Assembly: GCA_004764695.1 (NCBI GenBank)
Contig: SMSO01000032.1
Location: 310,001-374,000, forward strand
DNA from: Schizochytrium sp. TIO01
Lineage: Eukaryota; Protista; Bigyra: Labyrinthulomycetes
Direction: 5' to 3'
Length of the DNA stretch: 64,000 nt
The notes below the pieces were generated by a model, which was not told the DNA's origin, searched no databases, and saw nothing but the letters and a program-made list of their open reading frames with translations. The translations under genes were made by a program, and so were the position numbers. Within the stretch, counting starts at the first letter, position 1; every line of letters begins with the position of its first letter. Of this stretch, positions 52,089-63,375 are shown in pieces.

Positions 52089-52101
52089 TCCTTCCTTCCT
52101 T
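52049..52101. repeat. (CTTT)n/(CCTT)n microsatellite
   Basis: Read directly. Confidence 0.9.
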
Positions 52102-52297
52102 CATTCCAAAATAAAAACAAAATCAAAAATAGTCATTTTATTCATCGAAATAATAATCACAGAAAGTATTCTTAAACTGAAAAAGAGGAAGGAAGAGCGA
52201 ATCCCCACTCTTTCAGCCCTCTAAGCCGGGCCGTCAGAGAGACCCACCCACCCTGTCCTATGGCGCCTGGAGAAGTAGCGGAGGGGAAAAAAATAAA

Positions 52298-52310
52298 ATA
52301 TATATATAAT
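52298..52310 (+). promoter_or_regulatory. candidate TATA-like element / AT-rich core promoter of the zinc-finger gene
   Basis: TATATATATAA beside a poly(A) tract, at the upstream edge of the ATG-free leader. Confidence 0.3.
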
Positions 52311-52751
52311 TTTTATTTAAAAAAAAAAAATAAAGAAAAGTGAGGGCGCAGAAAGAGAGAAAGAGAGAGGGAGAGAAAGAAAGGAAGATACATAGGAAGA
52401 AAGAGAAGTAAGGAATTGTAAGTAAGTAAGTAAAGGAAAGGAAAGGAAAGGAAAGTAAAAGAACAACCACATCCACAGCAGTAGAGATCGGCAAATACCA
52501 AAAGCGCAGCAAACAAACAAAAAGAAAAGAGAGAAAGAGAGAGAGAAAGAAAGAAGAATCGAGGAGAAGAAGAACCAAAAAGACGGAGTAAACGCGAAAC
52601 ATCTGTGGCGACCGCGAGAGCAAAAGAGGTTCAAGAAGAGGAGCGAAAGCAGCGAGCAAAAGCCAAAGGCAAAGCAAGCCAAAGAAAGGCAAAGGCGGCG
52701 GCGGCAGCAGGCGAGGACCTGACGGCAAGGAGGTCGCCAGCGGAGCGCAGG

Positions 52752-52772
52752 CAGCAGCAGCAGCAGCAGCAG
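52752..52772. repeat. (CAG)7 trinucleotide repeat in the putative leader
   Basis: Read directly. Confidence 0.9.
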
Positions 52773-54164
52773 GCAGGCTTGCCGCTGCGGAGGAGCTGAG
52801 CGGTCGGCAAGGCGCGAGGAGACGCCAAGTGGCTGGCTGCCTGACCGACTGACTGACGGAGCGAGCTAGACTTGGTGTTACCTAGTTTGGTAGCTAGGTA
52901 GCGCTGGTTGCTTGCCGCTGCGAAGCTAGCTTGCTGCATCGTGGCATTGGTGCTTGAGGAGTGCCTGGGTAGTCACGACGGCGAGGGGTGAAAAGCCTGA
53001 CAGACTCGTCTTCTTCGGGGAGGTGTAGTTGAACCTGGGTTTTGGGGGTTACTCGCGTCTTGTTCTTTTTGCAAGGCACGGACTGCTCTGTGCAACAGGG
53101 TTTTCGTTCTCTCTTCGCTTTTTTGAGGTGGTACACAACAAACCCACTCTCAAGGGTTGCGCTAACTTGCTTGCTGGTTAGCTTCTGGACGAACGGAGAT
53201 AGTTGAGCAGCAGAAACTTGTCTCTCTGGTTGATATCTCTCTTCGAGTCTGCCCTCTGTGCGACTGGCTATAGAACTCTTTTCTCTTCTTCTGTGATTAA
53301 ACGCCTTTATATCACAAATTGACTTTTTGGACAGGAGATCTTAGATTTCTTTCAAGCAGGACGCCAGAATACACCCTGAGAACGTGTTTTCAGCCTTTAG
53401 CTGATATTGCGGTTTGCCTTGTTTTTTTCTTCTTCTGCTACTTCGTGGAATTGTAGGAGACTCTTGTTGTTGTAATTCTCATCGTGAGGAAAAGAAAAAC
53501 TTGAGCTTTTACAAAATCATCGGTATTGTTCATACGACCCCGCTCCTTCATCGTTAGAATTTTGGTTGCAGTCGCAGCTTGCAAACGTTGCTTGCTAGCT
53601 TGTTTGAGGAGCCTTCCAGCTACATATTCTTGTTCGAGGGCGCTAGGCTCACGAATCAGACAAAGAGTTTATATTAGGACTTTCAATCCGTCGCACAAGT
53701 ACAATAACACAAGCTATAACGCTGCCTTGCTTCTCTGTTCACGAATTGGTCTTCTTTGCAATTCTCTTTGAGTTGTCATTTCAGTGACGGCAAGTGCAGA
53801 AACACATACGCATTCACCTCTTAGTTTTCCCAAACTTTCTGAGTCAGAAAACAAACACCAGGACATTAAATCACCTGATCTCAAAAGGAAAAGAACTCTA
53901 CAAGCGAACTGTGTGCAGATCATTGTCCATAGTTGTTGTTTTCTCCCAGCAAGCGACTGAGTATATCGCCCACCCTCTTTATTAAGTCCGACTTGGCCCT
54001 TTGGACCGTGTACGCTGCTCGAATTCTTTGGCTCTAGCCCCGCTCCGCTCGCACTTTCGCGCGGCTGCGGACCCGTGGCTGTTTGTCAAGGACGACACAT
54101 CTCGTGCCAGATCGTGCGTCTGCGTAAGCCCACGAATAAAGGCAAATCTCCAAACGCGGTGCTC

Positions 54165-54176
54165 ATGAATAAATGA
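54165..54176 (+). other. uORF1 (ATG AAT AAA TGA; MNK*), in frame with the main CDS
   Basis: First ATG after the 1.9-kb ATG-free stretch; 69 nt upstream of the main ATG. Confidence 0.55.
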
Positions 54177-54250
54177 TCATCGCCAGAACATCGGAACAGG
54201 AAACAAGCGTCGATACAGGCGCAAAAGCAGTCCATGTCAGGACACGATGA
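54173..54250 (+). other. uORF2 (25 aa, MIIARTSEQETSVDTGAKAVHVRTR*), out of frame and overlapping the main start codon
   Basis: Its ATG overlaps the uORF1 stop (ATGA). Its stop TGA at 54248-54250 lies inside the CDS. Confidence 0.55.
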
Positions 54251-56015
54251 TAGAAAAGACTCACAACCGCCAAGGTTCACACAAGCGGAATTAACAAACT
54301 TTTTGGGCTCCACCGGCCAATTTGGGCATCACAATTCTCCAGCTCTTGGAAACTTTGTTGCACCCTCCAATATTGAAGCCTTTGCAAAAGCACTTCAAGA
54401 ACAACAACAACACAATGCTTTTGCGTATTCCTCGTCACAGCAGACCTCATCATATCCTCATCACTCAGCGCAGGATCACATGCAATCGTCAGGTGCCGCA
54501 GCTGCTGCAGCAGCCGCAGCTGCACATGCAGCATTACGTCCTGGGGAGTTCCAACACTCATCATCTTCAGCAGCACGAAACTCTATCTCTTCCTTGCAAA
54601 CCTCAAGATACCCGCAATACTTTTACTCAGAGCCGCGCATTGAGGACCAAGCAGTAGCAGGGGCTTACCCCCCGCCTAATTATGTAGGGGCGGGTGGTCC
54701 CGGAGATAGTCGCAGCAGTAGTACAGGGGCATCCGGACAGTCCTCTCTTCACAACCCTTACGCCCATACGCAAGCACCTCATCATCATCACCAGCAGCAG
54801 CGTCACACACAATCCCAAACCCCTACTCACCTGCAAAATCACACCTCGTCCCATCAACAACAAAATGCTCACCCATCTCACCATCAATCCACGCTCAACA
54901 TTGCTCAGTATCAAATGGGCCACGTACCTTTCGGTGGCTATTCCACTGGGAATCCTCCCGGCGGCCCAGCCCCCCCTGCTGGAGTTACATCGCATTCCCA
55001 AACATCCCGCCATATCAATAACTCAAATCCTATGCAGCATGTTTTTGATAACAATTTGGCGCCATCCCTGCTGGGCAAGCGCAAGGGCAGGGATGATTTT
55101 GCAGAAGGTTCTCTCCCTGGTCATACAGCAGAAATCAGCCCTCTGATTAGCACAAGCTCCGCTGGAGACCCGGCCTCCTCCTTGGACAGTGGCAGCGGAG
55201 AGGGAGACCCACCCGATGCACCCCCTGCTCATGAACGCATTCGTGGCCGAAATTATATGGTCAAAGGATGTGTCAAACGCTGGGATGGTAAACGTTTCGC
55301 GCGCTGCTGTGATGCTCCCAATTGCAACAAGTTGGCCCAGGGAACGACCAATTATTGCAAGAATCATGGCGGTGGCTCTCGGTGCAAGGTGCAAGGGTGC
55401 ACCCGTGCCGCTCGTGGTGGGTCTGATAAATGTGCTGCACATGGTGGCGGAAAGCGCTGCGAGCATCCAGGATGTGAGCATGCTGCAATCGGTCGCAATT
55501 TGTGTCGCCGTCATGGTGGTGGTAAGGTCTGTAATGTTTCAGGATGTCAAAACAATGCTCGTGGCAAATCACATTATTGTGCTATGCACAAGAGCAGGGC
55601 GAAGATGGCACTATCCAACTCAGCCACACAAGCTGTACCCCATGGTGCAACTGAAACACGGACAGTCCCTCCGCTTCTTAGTGTTTCTTTGTCACCGTCA
55701 TTGCAGTCACAAGGTCCCTCATCCCAGTTTGCTGGCCCTATGCCCCCTTTCCATTCTTTCGAAGGACGAAACATTCCTCAATCACAACAAAATGTCATCC
55801 ATGGGCTTGCCGCTGCCGCTGCCGCAACCTCTTCCTCGTCTGCATCAGCTGGAGGACATCACCCTTCTTTCGTTGGTCAACAACACCACTTTCAACATCA
55901 GTCTCTCTACGGATCGCACGGTCTGCATCTTCCGCGATCCTCTTCTGCTTTTATTCAGCAAAACCCGGGTCCGCAACGATCTTCATCGTCCGGGTCGAGC
56001 TCCCCATATACGTGA
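54234..56015 (+). CDS. WRKY19-like (HGGG-repeat, C3H-type) zinc-finger protein, putative transcription regulator, 593 aa
   Basis: Long ORF with four Cx4Cx9-10Cx2H fingers joined by GGG linkers (CDAPNC..YCKNHGGG, CKVQGC..CAAHGGG, CEHPGC..CRRHGGG, CNVSGC..YCAMH; ~55308-55589). It also has a basic GKRKGR NLS-like motif and Q/H/S/A-rich disordered arms. Confidence 0.95.
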   Translation: MSGHDDRKDSQPPRFTQAELTNFLGSTGQFGHHNSPALGNFVAPSNIEAFAKALQEQQQHNAFAYSSSQQTSSYPHHSAQDHMQSSGAAAAAAAAAAHAALRPGEFQHSSSSAARNSISSLQTSRYPQYFYSEPRIEDQAVAGAYPPPNYVGAGGPGDSRSSSTGASGQSSLHNPYAHTQAPHHHHQQQRHTQSQTPTHLQNHTSSHQQQNAHPSHHQSTLNIAQYQMGHVPFGGYSTGNPPGGPAPPAGVTSHSQTSRHINNSNPMQHVFDNNLAPSLLGKRKGRDDFAEGSLPGHTAEISPLISTSSAGDPASSLDSGSGEGDPPDAPPAHERIRGRNYMVKGCVKRWDGKRFARCCDAPNCNKLAQGTTNYCKNHGGGSRCKVQGCTRAARGGSDKCAAHGGGKRCEHPGCEHAAIGRNLCRRHGGGKVCNVSGCQNNARGKSHYCAMHKSRAKMALSNSATQAVPHGATETRTVPPLLSVSLSPSLQSQGPSSQFAGPMPPFHSFEGRNIPQSQQNVIHGLAAAAAATSSSSASAGGHHPSFVGQQHHFQHQSLYGSHGLHLPRSSSAFIQQNPGPQRSSSSGSSSPYT

Positions 56016-57654
56016 ACCACATCATCAATCAACCAAACAGTCAATTTCTTAACACCGCAAATCTACTTTCTCAGAAACGGTTTATCCGGTAGATATACAT
56101 ACACTAGCAAGAATCAGATTATTCGACACAATACAAGTATCAAGTACTCACAAACAACATTCTAAATGACACGCAAACCTGAAACGTACTCTTTTACTGC
56201 ATATGTTCTTATTTTGTTTTCTCTACTTGCCCTTCTGTCCAGTCTCTAGTCCCAGCATGAAATGACTCCAAGAATCGACAAACTCTTTCTTACAGAACTA
56301 ATAATTTATGGATATGGCTTAAACGAATCAGCTATCGATATTTTTCCTTCTTCTTTGAGGGACAACAATGTAAATGGGTGCGTTTTAAAATCAAACCCCG
56401 TTTGATTTTTCATTGGATGTTTATATTATTCTGAGCGCATCTTGTTCATAAACTGCCAATACATAATATGATACTCAAATCGAACTGAGATTTGCTTTTT
56501 AAATCTGTGAAGATATTTCTTTTAACTCGTAATAATGCTAGGGCTACTTTGGTCTTGTTTTTAATTCTACTTCTGAAATTGAGTTTTCTGCCTGACAGAT
56601 TGTTCAGAAGCAATCGTAGAACCAGCAACTTCCTTTCTGCACCTACAACGTTCATTAGAACAGATCCTATCAAATAATTGAAGTTCCGTCTACACCTAGT
56701 GTCCACAGTACCAGCCTTTCATTACCTCTACTAACGTTACTAGCGCCAGAGTCTTTTCTAGGTCAGCAATTATCGATCACCATACAATCAAAGTTGGTCA
56801 TCCTAGTCCAAACCCACAAGTGATGTAAATTCGCTTTTATTTTGTGATTGTCCTTCTCTGCATGATTTTCTTAGCACATAGTATGTACAGGCTGACGTCG
56901 AGTCTTGTTATCTTGCATCAAGGTCTGTCTACATGTTAAAAAGCCCTTATGAACGGACTCTTGGATATACAAATCTCAAAATAGATATCATGCACCTTTG
57001 TTTGATGACCTTACATTTTTTTTTCACAACATCGTCCCTGCGCGTTCCATACGTTTGTACTATAGCTCTGCTGTGATTTCTGTGATTTCATTGACTTAAA
57101 ACGTAATGTTGATCCAGACCCGTCTCTTTGTGGCTCTATCTACTTTGGTTTGATTTCAACGACATGTTAGATCTGGCTAGCGCAGGCAGTTTAGAATTTG
57201 ATGGCAATCCATGTGACTTGCTTGGCAACATCTATAGATGTCTGAAACCTCTCGATTTATCCATTAATATCTCATTTCCATTTATCAATCAAACAAAAAC
57301 ATCACTGTCTTAGATTTAATTATTTGTTTTGATTGCTATAATCCACGAAAAACTAGGCACAGTATTTGCATGTGATTGTTGAAGAAGCATGTCAAAGTCG
57401 CTGTTGGTACGTTTTTACAAAATCCATATCCTCAAGTTAAATCTTTAGCTTCATATAGCACTAAGTCATAATATGTCAAATATAACTTCAAAATGAAAGA
57501 TTCATTAGGATTAATCAGAGGAGTCATTTGTTCTCTTCAACTACTACTTACTACATCATCCTAAATACCTGCAATTAAAGACGAAAATTTTAGTCTCTGA
57601 TAAAACGCAAGCGAATATCCCTGCTGTAGACCGTCCAGTTTCCAAGAACTGAGT

Positions 57655-58720
57655 ATGAACCCACCTTATTCGCCAATGAGCAATGAAGCAAGCACCATAT
57701 CGGAAACACATGATCGAATGTGCATGTCAGTTGAAAATCAGGTCAGCAGGCCAGTACAGACTACTGAAGGTGTCTCAGAGGCAATAACCGATGCTTTAGA
57801 ATTGCTGAAAGATGGTTTTGGTCAGCTTGAGGTTGACTGTAAAGATTAAGGCAAGGGTTTTGATGAAGGCTTTAAGAAGGTTGATCTAAGAGTTCGCAAA
57901 CTGCTGTCCTAGAGTTCATTCTCCAGGACAGATGGACTCATGCAGTAATTTAGGAGGATAAGACATTCTCAAAAGGTGTTGGAGATGATCGATCGATTCA
58001 AATTACACCTTACTTGGATGTAGTAGCTAATGTGTAGTCACACTTCTAATTCTTGGCTCTGGCAGCCACATGAACCTGGCTGACTACCCTTGCTTTATTG
58101 TAAGCCCTATGTCTGTGAGGGCTTCACAAAGGGGCGCCAATAACTCTAGCAATGTCTTGTTCACTAGTTCCTTCGATTAGAGATCTCAGCAAGAATAATG
58201 AGCACAATCATTTTTAAAAAGCCATTGCTAGAGATATTTTTTGCTTATGACAATTTTGTATTCACGATGAGCTAGGTATGGAAGAACAGTTTCAAGATCC
58301 ACGCATATGCAACGCGATATTTGCAGCAGAGTCTCAACACCTTCATTCTACATCAACAAAGGACCTACCTCCCCTAGATGAATATCTCCCCATGTTAAAC
58401 CATATTTCATTCGACATTCTAAATAGTATCATCGTGCAGATTTTTTAGAACCAGTTTCTAGAGTCGTGTGAGCTAGCGAAAGCTGTCTCAGACGTGGGCC
58501 CAAAGGCGACCCAGGCAAATACTGGTTTGGCTGCAAAAGTATATTTTCGTTGACAAGGTCTAAGGCTGAACAACTTTGTACTAGAAAAATCAGGAATGTT
58601 AATGCTAAATCAGATTTGCTTCGAAAGAGTAGCATAGTAGATTATCAATAGTCAGAAGTGCTATGGCAATACCTTCGAGTAAAAACGATCAATACACCTG
58701 GATTTCTTGCCTATATGAAG
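57655..58720 (+). pseudogene. possible decayed gene (coiled-coil-like fragment plus downstream helical fragments)
   Basis: EAITDALELLKDGFGQLEVDCKD*GKGFDEGFKKVDLRVRKLLS* continues through a TAA. A second frame reads IHDELGMEEQFQDPRICNAIF...DILNSIIVQIF*NQFLESCELAKAVSDVG... Confidence 0.25.
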
Positions 58721-61700
58721 TGAATTTACAACATTCATTTCGCCTGAGAGACAAATTACATCAGGAAGTAAGACCGCTGCACTACGTTGTTGACTTTGCT
58801 TCTAGCATTCTAAAAAAGAAAGTTATCAGATCGTTTACTACGGAAATATGCTCTAGAGGCAGTAAGTAGCAGTGACAAAGGCGGCGGGCTCCACTCTCAC
58901 TGGTCAGGTGGCTACTTGTTCTATGAGTCCTTCTGCTTAGGTGAAACCGCTAGGCATCCTCTTCGGTACACTTTGAACCATCATAACCACTGTACTCACG
59001 CAAGCCAAGTGAATCAGTCATCCACAAAGTTATCCCGATAGCGAATTCTGTTTGCCAACCATGTAAGCCAGCTCTGTCATGTCGTGACCTTTAGAAATTA
59101 TAAGTAGCAAGCACTAAGATTACTGACACTTTTATTAAGCCAATCATATGTATCCGAGATGGAAAAAGCAAGCGCACGCCAGTTTACTGCTCCAGCGATT
59201 TTCCCGTGTGGCTGCGTTAGTCTGTCGTGAGACGCACCTTTTCGTTTGGCCACTGAAATGGTTCTTTTCCTCTTTGCACGTCGTCCTTTCTAAATCCTTG
59301 AGTAATGCCTAGTAGTGTTACCTTCTTAGAGTAGTACTTGTTATTTATTTTTTAAAATATTATTAAAAAAATAAAAAATAAAAAAACTTCGCATTTATGT
59401 GGTACACTCTTAACTTTATGCAATCTGCCCGGCATGAAGCTGGTAACTTCTGCCGAGAACGAAGTGGATTGAGAGTTAACCACCCTTAAAGTGAAATAAA
59501 TGAAGATGTTGGGTTGAAAACCAATACAACTATTGAGGTGAACTTGCAGCAACCAATGCTACTTTGGTGTGACTACTACTGAGTTCTGTATTGAAAGATT
59601 CGTGTTGAGCACTTGCATTTCAACATGACACTTATTTGTCTTGCTCCGTGGGTACAAGCAGAATGTTTAAGCTAAAGTTTCTATGACAGTCATGCTTTCT
59701 CTCAATAGCAGGTTGGGGCATAAGAAGATGCCCAAACAGCTTGTGATTCGGGTTTGGGGTTCTCTACATACATCATAGCGTCATAATTAATAGTTTCGCT
59801 TGCATGCTAAGGTCCACATTATCACACCAAAGTAGTTGACACATTTTGAGGAGAATTGCTCAGTGATCATACTTGATCATTCCCGTCTTGAATTTCTTCT
59901 TAAGCTAAGTTCATGTGATTCAAGATACATTTGCTAGAATCAAGAAAATAATTATACATGCAATTTTATTTCCAAGCAAAACTCGTTTCGTTCCAGAAGT
60001 TCTGATAAGTACCAATGTTTGATTACACTGTGCGACTGTGAATGACTTTCCTGCTCTATGCCATATGACAAGAAACCCTTAATAAATACTCTCTGTACCA
60101 TGCACTTTCTCTAACTAAATATGCAAAAACCAAAACTTGGTCCTCCTCTGCACTCATCCATCCATCCATTCATTATCCATCCAACCATTCATACATATGA
60201 TCACCATACATTCTCGTATTCGTCAAAAGACTTTAAATACCGTGGTCTTGTCATTATGTTCAAGTTCTTGCCATTAGCCATTCACACTTGCATGAACGTG
60301 ATTCTTTGCAGAAGAACTGAGAGGAAGTAAGAAGTAACTCACTTTCCCAACTAAATTCTAACTAAATCCTACCTTCCTAACTCTCGAGCTAGCTAACCAA
60401 TGCCTTTATGGAGGCAGCTCTTGGTACTGAAGACAACCAACTCGAGCTTACGCCGTGACGGCCAACTCCGCGTTGCAAGCAGGCGACTTTGCCGACCCAT
60501 CGGGTAGTTGCCACGTGCAGCTGACAACAAGTCCGAGTTTCACCTCCGTTTCTATTGCTTTTTCATAAACGTCAAATCGAAAATCAATCAGCACGGCAAA
60601 AAGCTATACATGAAACTAGAATGAAATACTTGAAAGGAGGGAAAAGAGTAAAACCACATTAGCTCATGGAGTGCGGATGGGAAGAAACACTCATATGCTC
60701 AGAAAGAAAGTTTCGTTTCTTTTGTTTTTCTTTTTGTTTTATTTGTTCTTAGCTACTAAGTACTAATGTATAACTGCACGTGCAACACGCGCTGCGCAGG
60801 AAGCCTCCGGCGCTAGCTCCAGCCCTGCTGCAGGTGCTGGATGTGATTGGCGCGTGAGCGAGTTGGGGCTAGGTGCCGAAGTGAAGCAGCAGAAGCATCG
60901 GCAGAAGCAACGATAACAGATGTTCGACCTGCTCTTCCTACTGCATGTGCAGCCCGAGATCTTTAGTCGTGCACAAGTTCAACATTGTATGAACAAGATG
61001 CATCTATGATCGCTGCACATTCAATATCGATGCAACATCCGTCCAACCAAACCCACATTCATTCAGTTGTTGAATGTATGTCTGTCTCGCTTTTTAATTA
61101 AAACAAGATGGCCATGACGGACAGTACAGAAAGGCTTCAAGCTTGAGAAGACAACTCAGCGAGAGTGGGGATCGCAATCAATCTCAGTTCGCCTTCCTTG
61201 AAGTTATTCGTGGAGGACTCCTCCTTGGCAGGCAGCAGTTTTTGCGGACCTCAACTTAACCTCGAATCAGCTCTCGGCTTCGTTGCAGAGCGATGATGGC
61301 TGCTTGCATGTCGTTCGTCTCGGCCCCGCTCCCGGACCTCGGAGATATCGACGCAAGACAGAAACCATCGCGATGCGAATCTATGGTCCACAAGGTTCGT
61401 GATTGATGAATCGAACGATTCCTTGATCGAGTGCTCCATCAAGCAACCGTGGGGCTTTGGGAATCACAACGAAGAAATGGCGCCCTTGTTTCGTACAACT
61501 TACCTAGCGATACATAGACCTTTTAGAATTAAATCTCAACGACGAACGTCCTCGACACGCCCACACCTATGCGGGTGCCCTTACAATGAAGTGTGGGAAT
61601 CATAAGGGATGAAAAGCAGGGAGAACGGTACACACCTAAGTACCCAGGGAACCCGCACCCCGCGCTGCAACGACGCGCGCTACGTAGAGTTACTTAGTTC

Positions 61701-62604
61701 TTTACTTAGTAATGAGGGATCCACATCGACTACAGGCGCATGACTGGAAACCAGAAGCGCCGGAAGAGGACTTTTAGCCAAACTTTCGAGTTGAAGGGAA
61801 ACTTGAACAAGCTTGAGAGACAAACGAGGAAGGCGTGTAGGTAGAGTACAAAGAAGCAGCATATTTTCATGCGCTGCGAACAACTGTTTTTGTTTGTTTC
61901 TTTGTTTGGTTGATTGTTTGTTTGTTTCTTCTTTTTGTTTAAAAGGTGTCGGGGGTCCAAGATGGTTGCTTTCTTACGCCAGCTTTTTAAAGTAGGCCGT
62001 CGGTCTGCAGGTCAGCCAGCCTATGCATTCCGAGCCCAGGGATTCTGGCAAGAAGGACTGCCGGCAATCAACTCGAGCCTATGCGATCTAGTGCAATGGC
62101 AAATGGCAGGCTGCCAGCTAGGCGCTGTACCTGATAATCACGCTGTGCTTTTCAGTGCACCTGTTTCTTGAGCTGGTCTTCTTGTTTTATCTCATTTTTT
62201 AAGGGAGGTTTCTTACTAATTTATGGGTTTTTTAACGTGCACGCGCTGCCGAAAATTATATAGCTATACTAGGACCTCTATAGGACTCGGAGCAAGGCCA
62301 ACGGGACTTCCTCCGCTTTTCCCTCCCTTTCCCACAGGTTTCACATTACCGGACTATATATTAAGTAATATATCTAAGATATTAAACTCACTGTTGGGCG
62401 GTAATATAAGCGCCCCAGGACGTGCCGGCTTGGCTTTCTCCACTTTGCGGAGTTTGTTTTACTTTTCATTCAATGTTTCTTTGATTTGTGGACTGCTTAG
62501 GTTTTGCAAGATCGACGGTGGGGTCTCTCTCCTGCGCAGAGATGCCGATGGCGTGGGCTTTAACTCTAAGTATCTGCAGCGCTTGACGGCATGAGCATTG
62601 ACTC

Positions 62605-62636
62605 TCTGTTTGTCTGTCTGCCCGTCTGTCTGCCTT

Positions 62637-62678
<42 letters not shown>
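62605..62678. repeat. (GTCT)n microsatellite
   Basis: Read directly. Confidence 0.93.
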
Positions 62679-63104
62679 AAGTGGAAGTGTCTGTCTCTTC
62701 AATTTCTTTTCCTTTGAATATGATGATTATGTACGATAATGCTGAATAAATAGATGAATGAAATTCTCTTTTCTTTCACTTGACTGGAATAAATGGAATC
62801 ACGAACTGGAATAAATTGGAATGAAGTGCAATGTATGGAATAAAATCAACATTTTTTCACCTTCGTTGATTCTCAAGTATTCGTGGGCTTGACTCATTCC
62901 ATGCACGCACCAGCATGATGCAAACCTGAAAGGCGACGCTGGCGAGGCGCGCTTGCCTTCGCGACCCGCTTCACGACCCGGAGCGGGACACACTTAGCAG
63001 CGATAGGGCTGGTCCACTCTTTCGCTTTGCTCTCCTTGTGAACTGGGTCCTCTCGTCCATTGCGCTGGTCGTGTGTGGACACCTACTCTACTTCTCGCCC
63101 AAAG

Positions 63105-63314
63105 GTAAACGATAGAACCAAACAAGCAAACAAACACATAAACCCGTAGCAAGCAATCGCACTGCTGCCTCTGCTGTTGTTGTTGTTGTTGTAGTTGTTG
63201 TAGCTCACGTTCGTGTTGTGAGAGCAATTGACAATTATAAACTCCTGAGAGACCTGGCTTGACAAACGTGGGGACGTACTATTCCCAAACTCGCAGCAAA
63301 GAAACAATTTTCAG
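63105..63314 (+). other. candidate 5'-UTR intron of the 63376 gene
   Basis: AAG|GTAAAC donor at 63105 and AATTTTCAG| acceptor at 63314; contains a (TTG)n tract. Motif inference only. Confidence 0.3.
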
Positions 63315-63375
63315 ATCTGGGGACCTTGAACAGCTGGCTGCGCCAGATTAGCGCGGTGATCAACGACTCGTTACA

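Larger units (their letters stand above)
52263..54233 (+). promoter_or_regulatory. putative very long 5' leader (ATG-free 52263-54164, then two uORFs)
   Basis: No ATG on the + strand for 1902 nt, versus ~17 CAT (ATG on the - strand) in the same interval. Lies directly upstream of the 54234 start. Confidence 0.6.

Noticed and set aside
52418-53949. Large 5'-UTR intron from (GTAA)n GTAAGT donors to TTTTCTCCCAG
   Set aside because: The donors are part of a microsatellite, and complete ATG depletion across the interval would not be expected in an intron. It cannot be fully excluded without RNA-seq.
54234-56015. Annotating the gene as a true WRKY transcription factor
   Set aside because: There is no WRKYGQK domain; only the accessory HGGG zinc-finger repeats that attract the 'WRKY19-like' label are present.
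55189-56052. 287-aa same-strand overlapping ORF
   Set aside because: GTG start and no motif; explained as an alternative-frame shadow of the zinc-finger CDS codon bias.
57128-57313. LEFDGNPCDLLGNIY resembles the 'D.LG.IYE' segment of N6-adenine methyltransferases
   Set aside because: No adjoining FxGxG or DPPY/NPPY motifs in any frame I read; likely chance.
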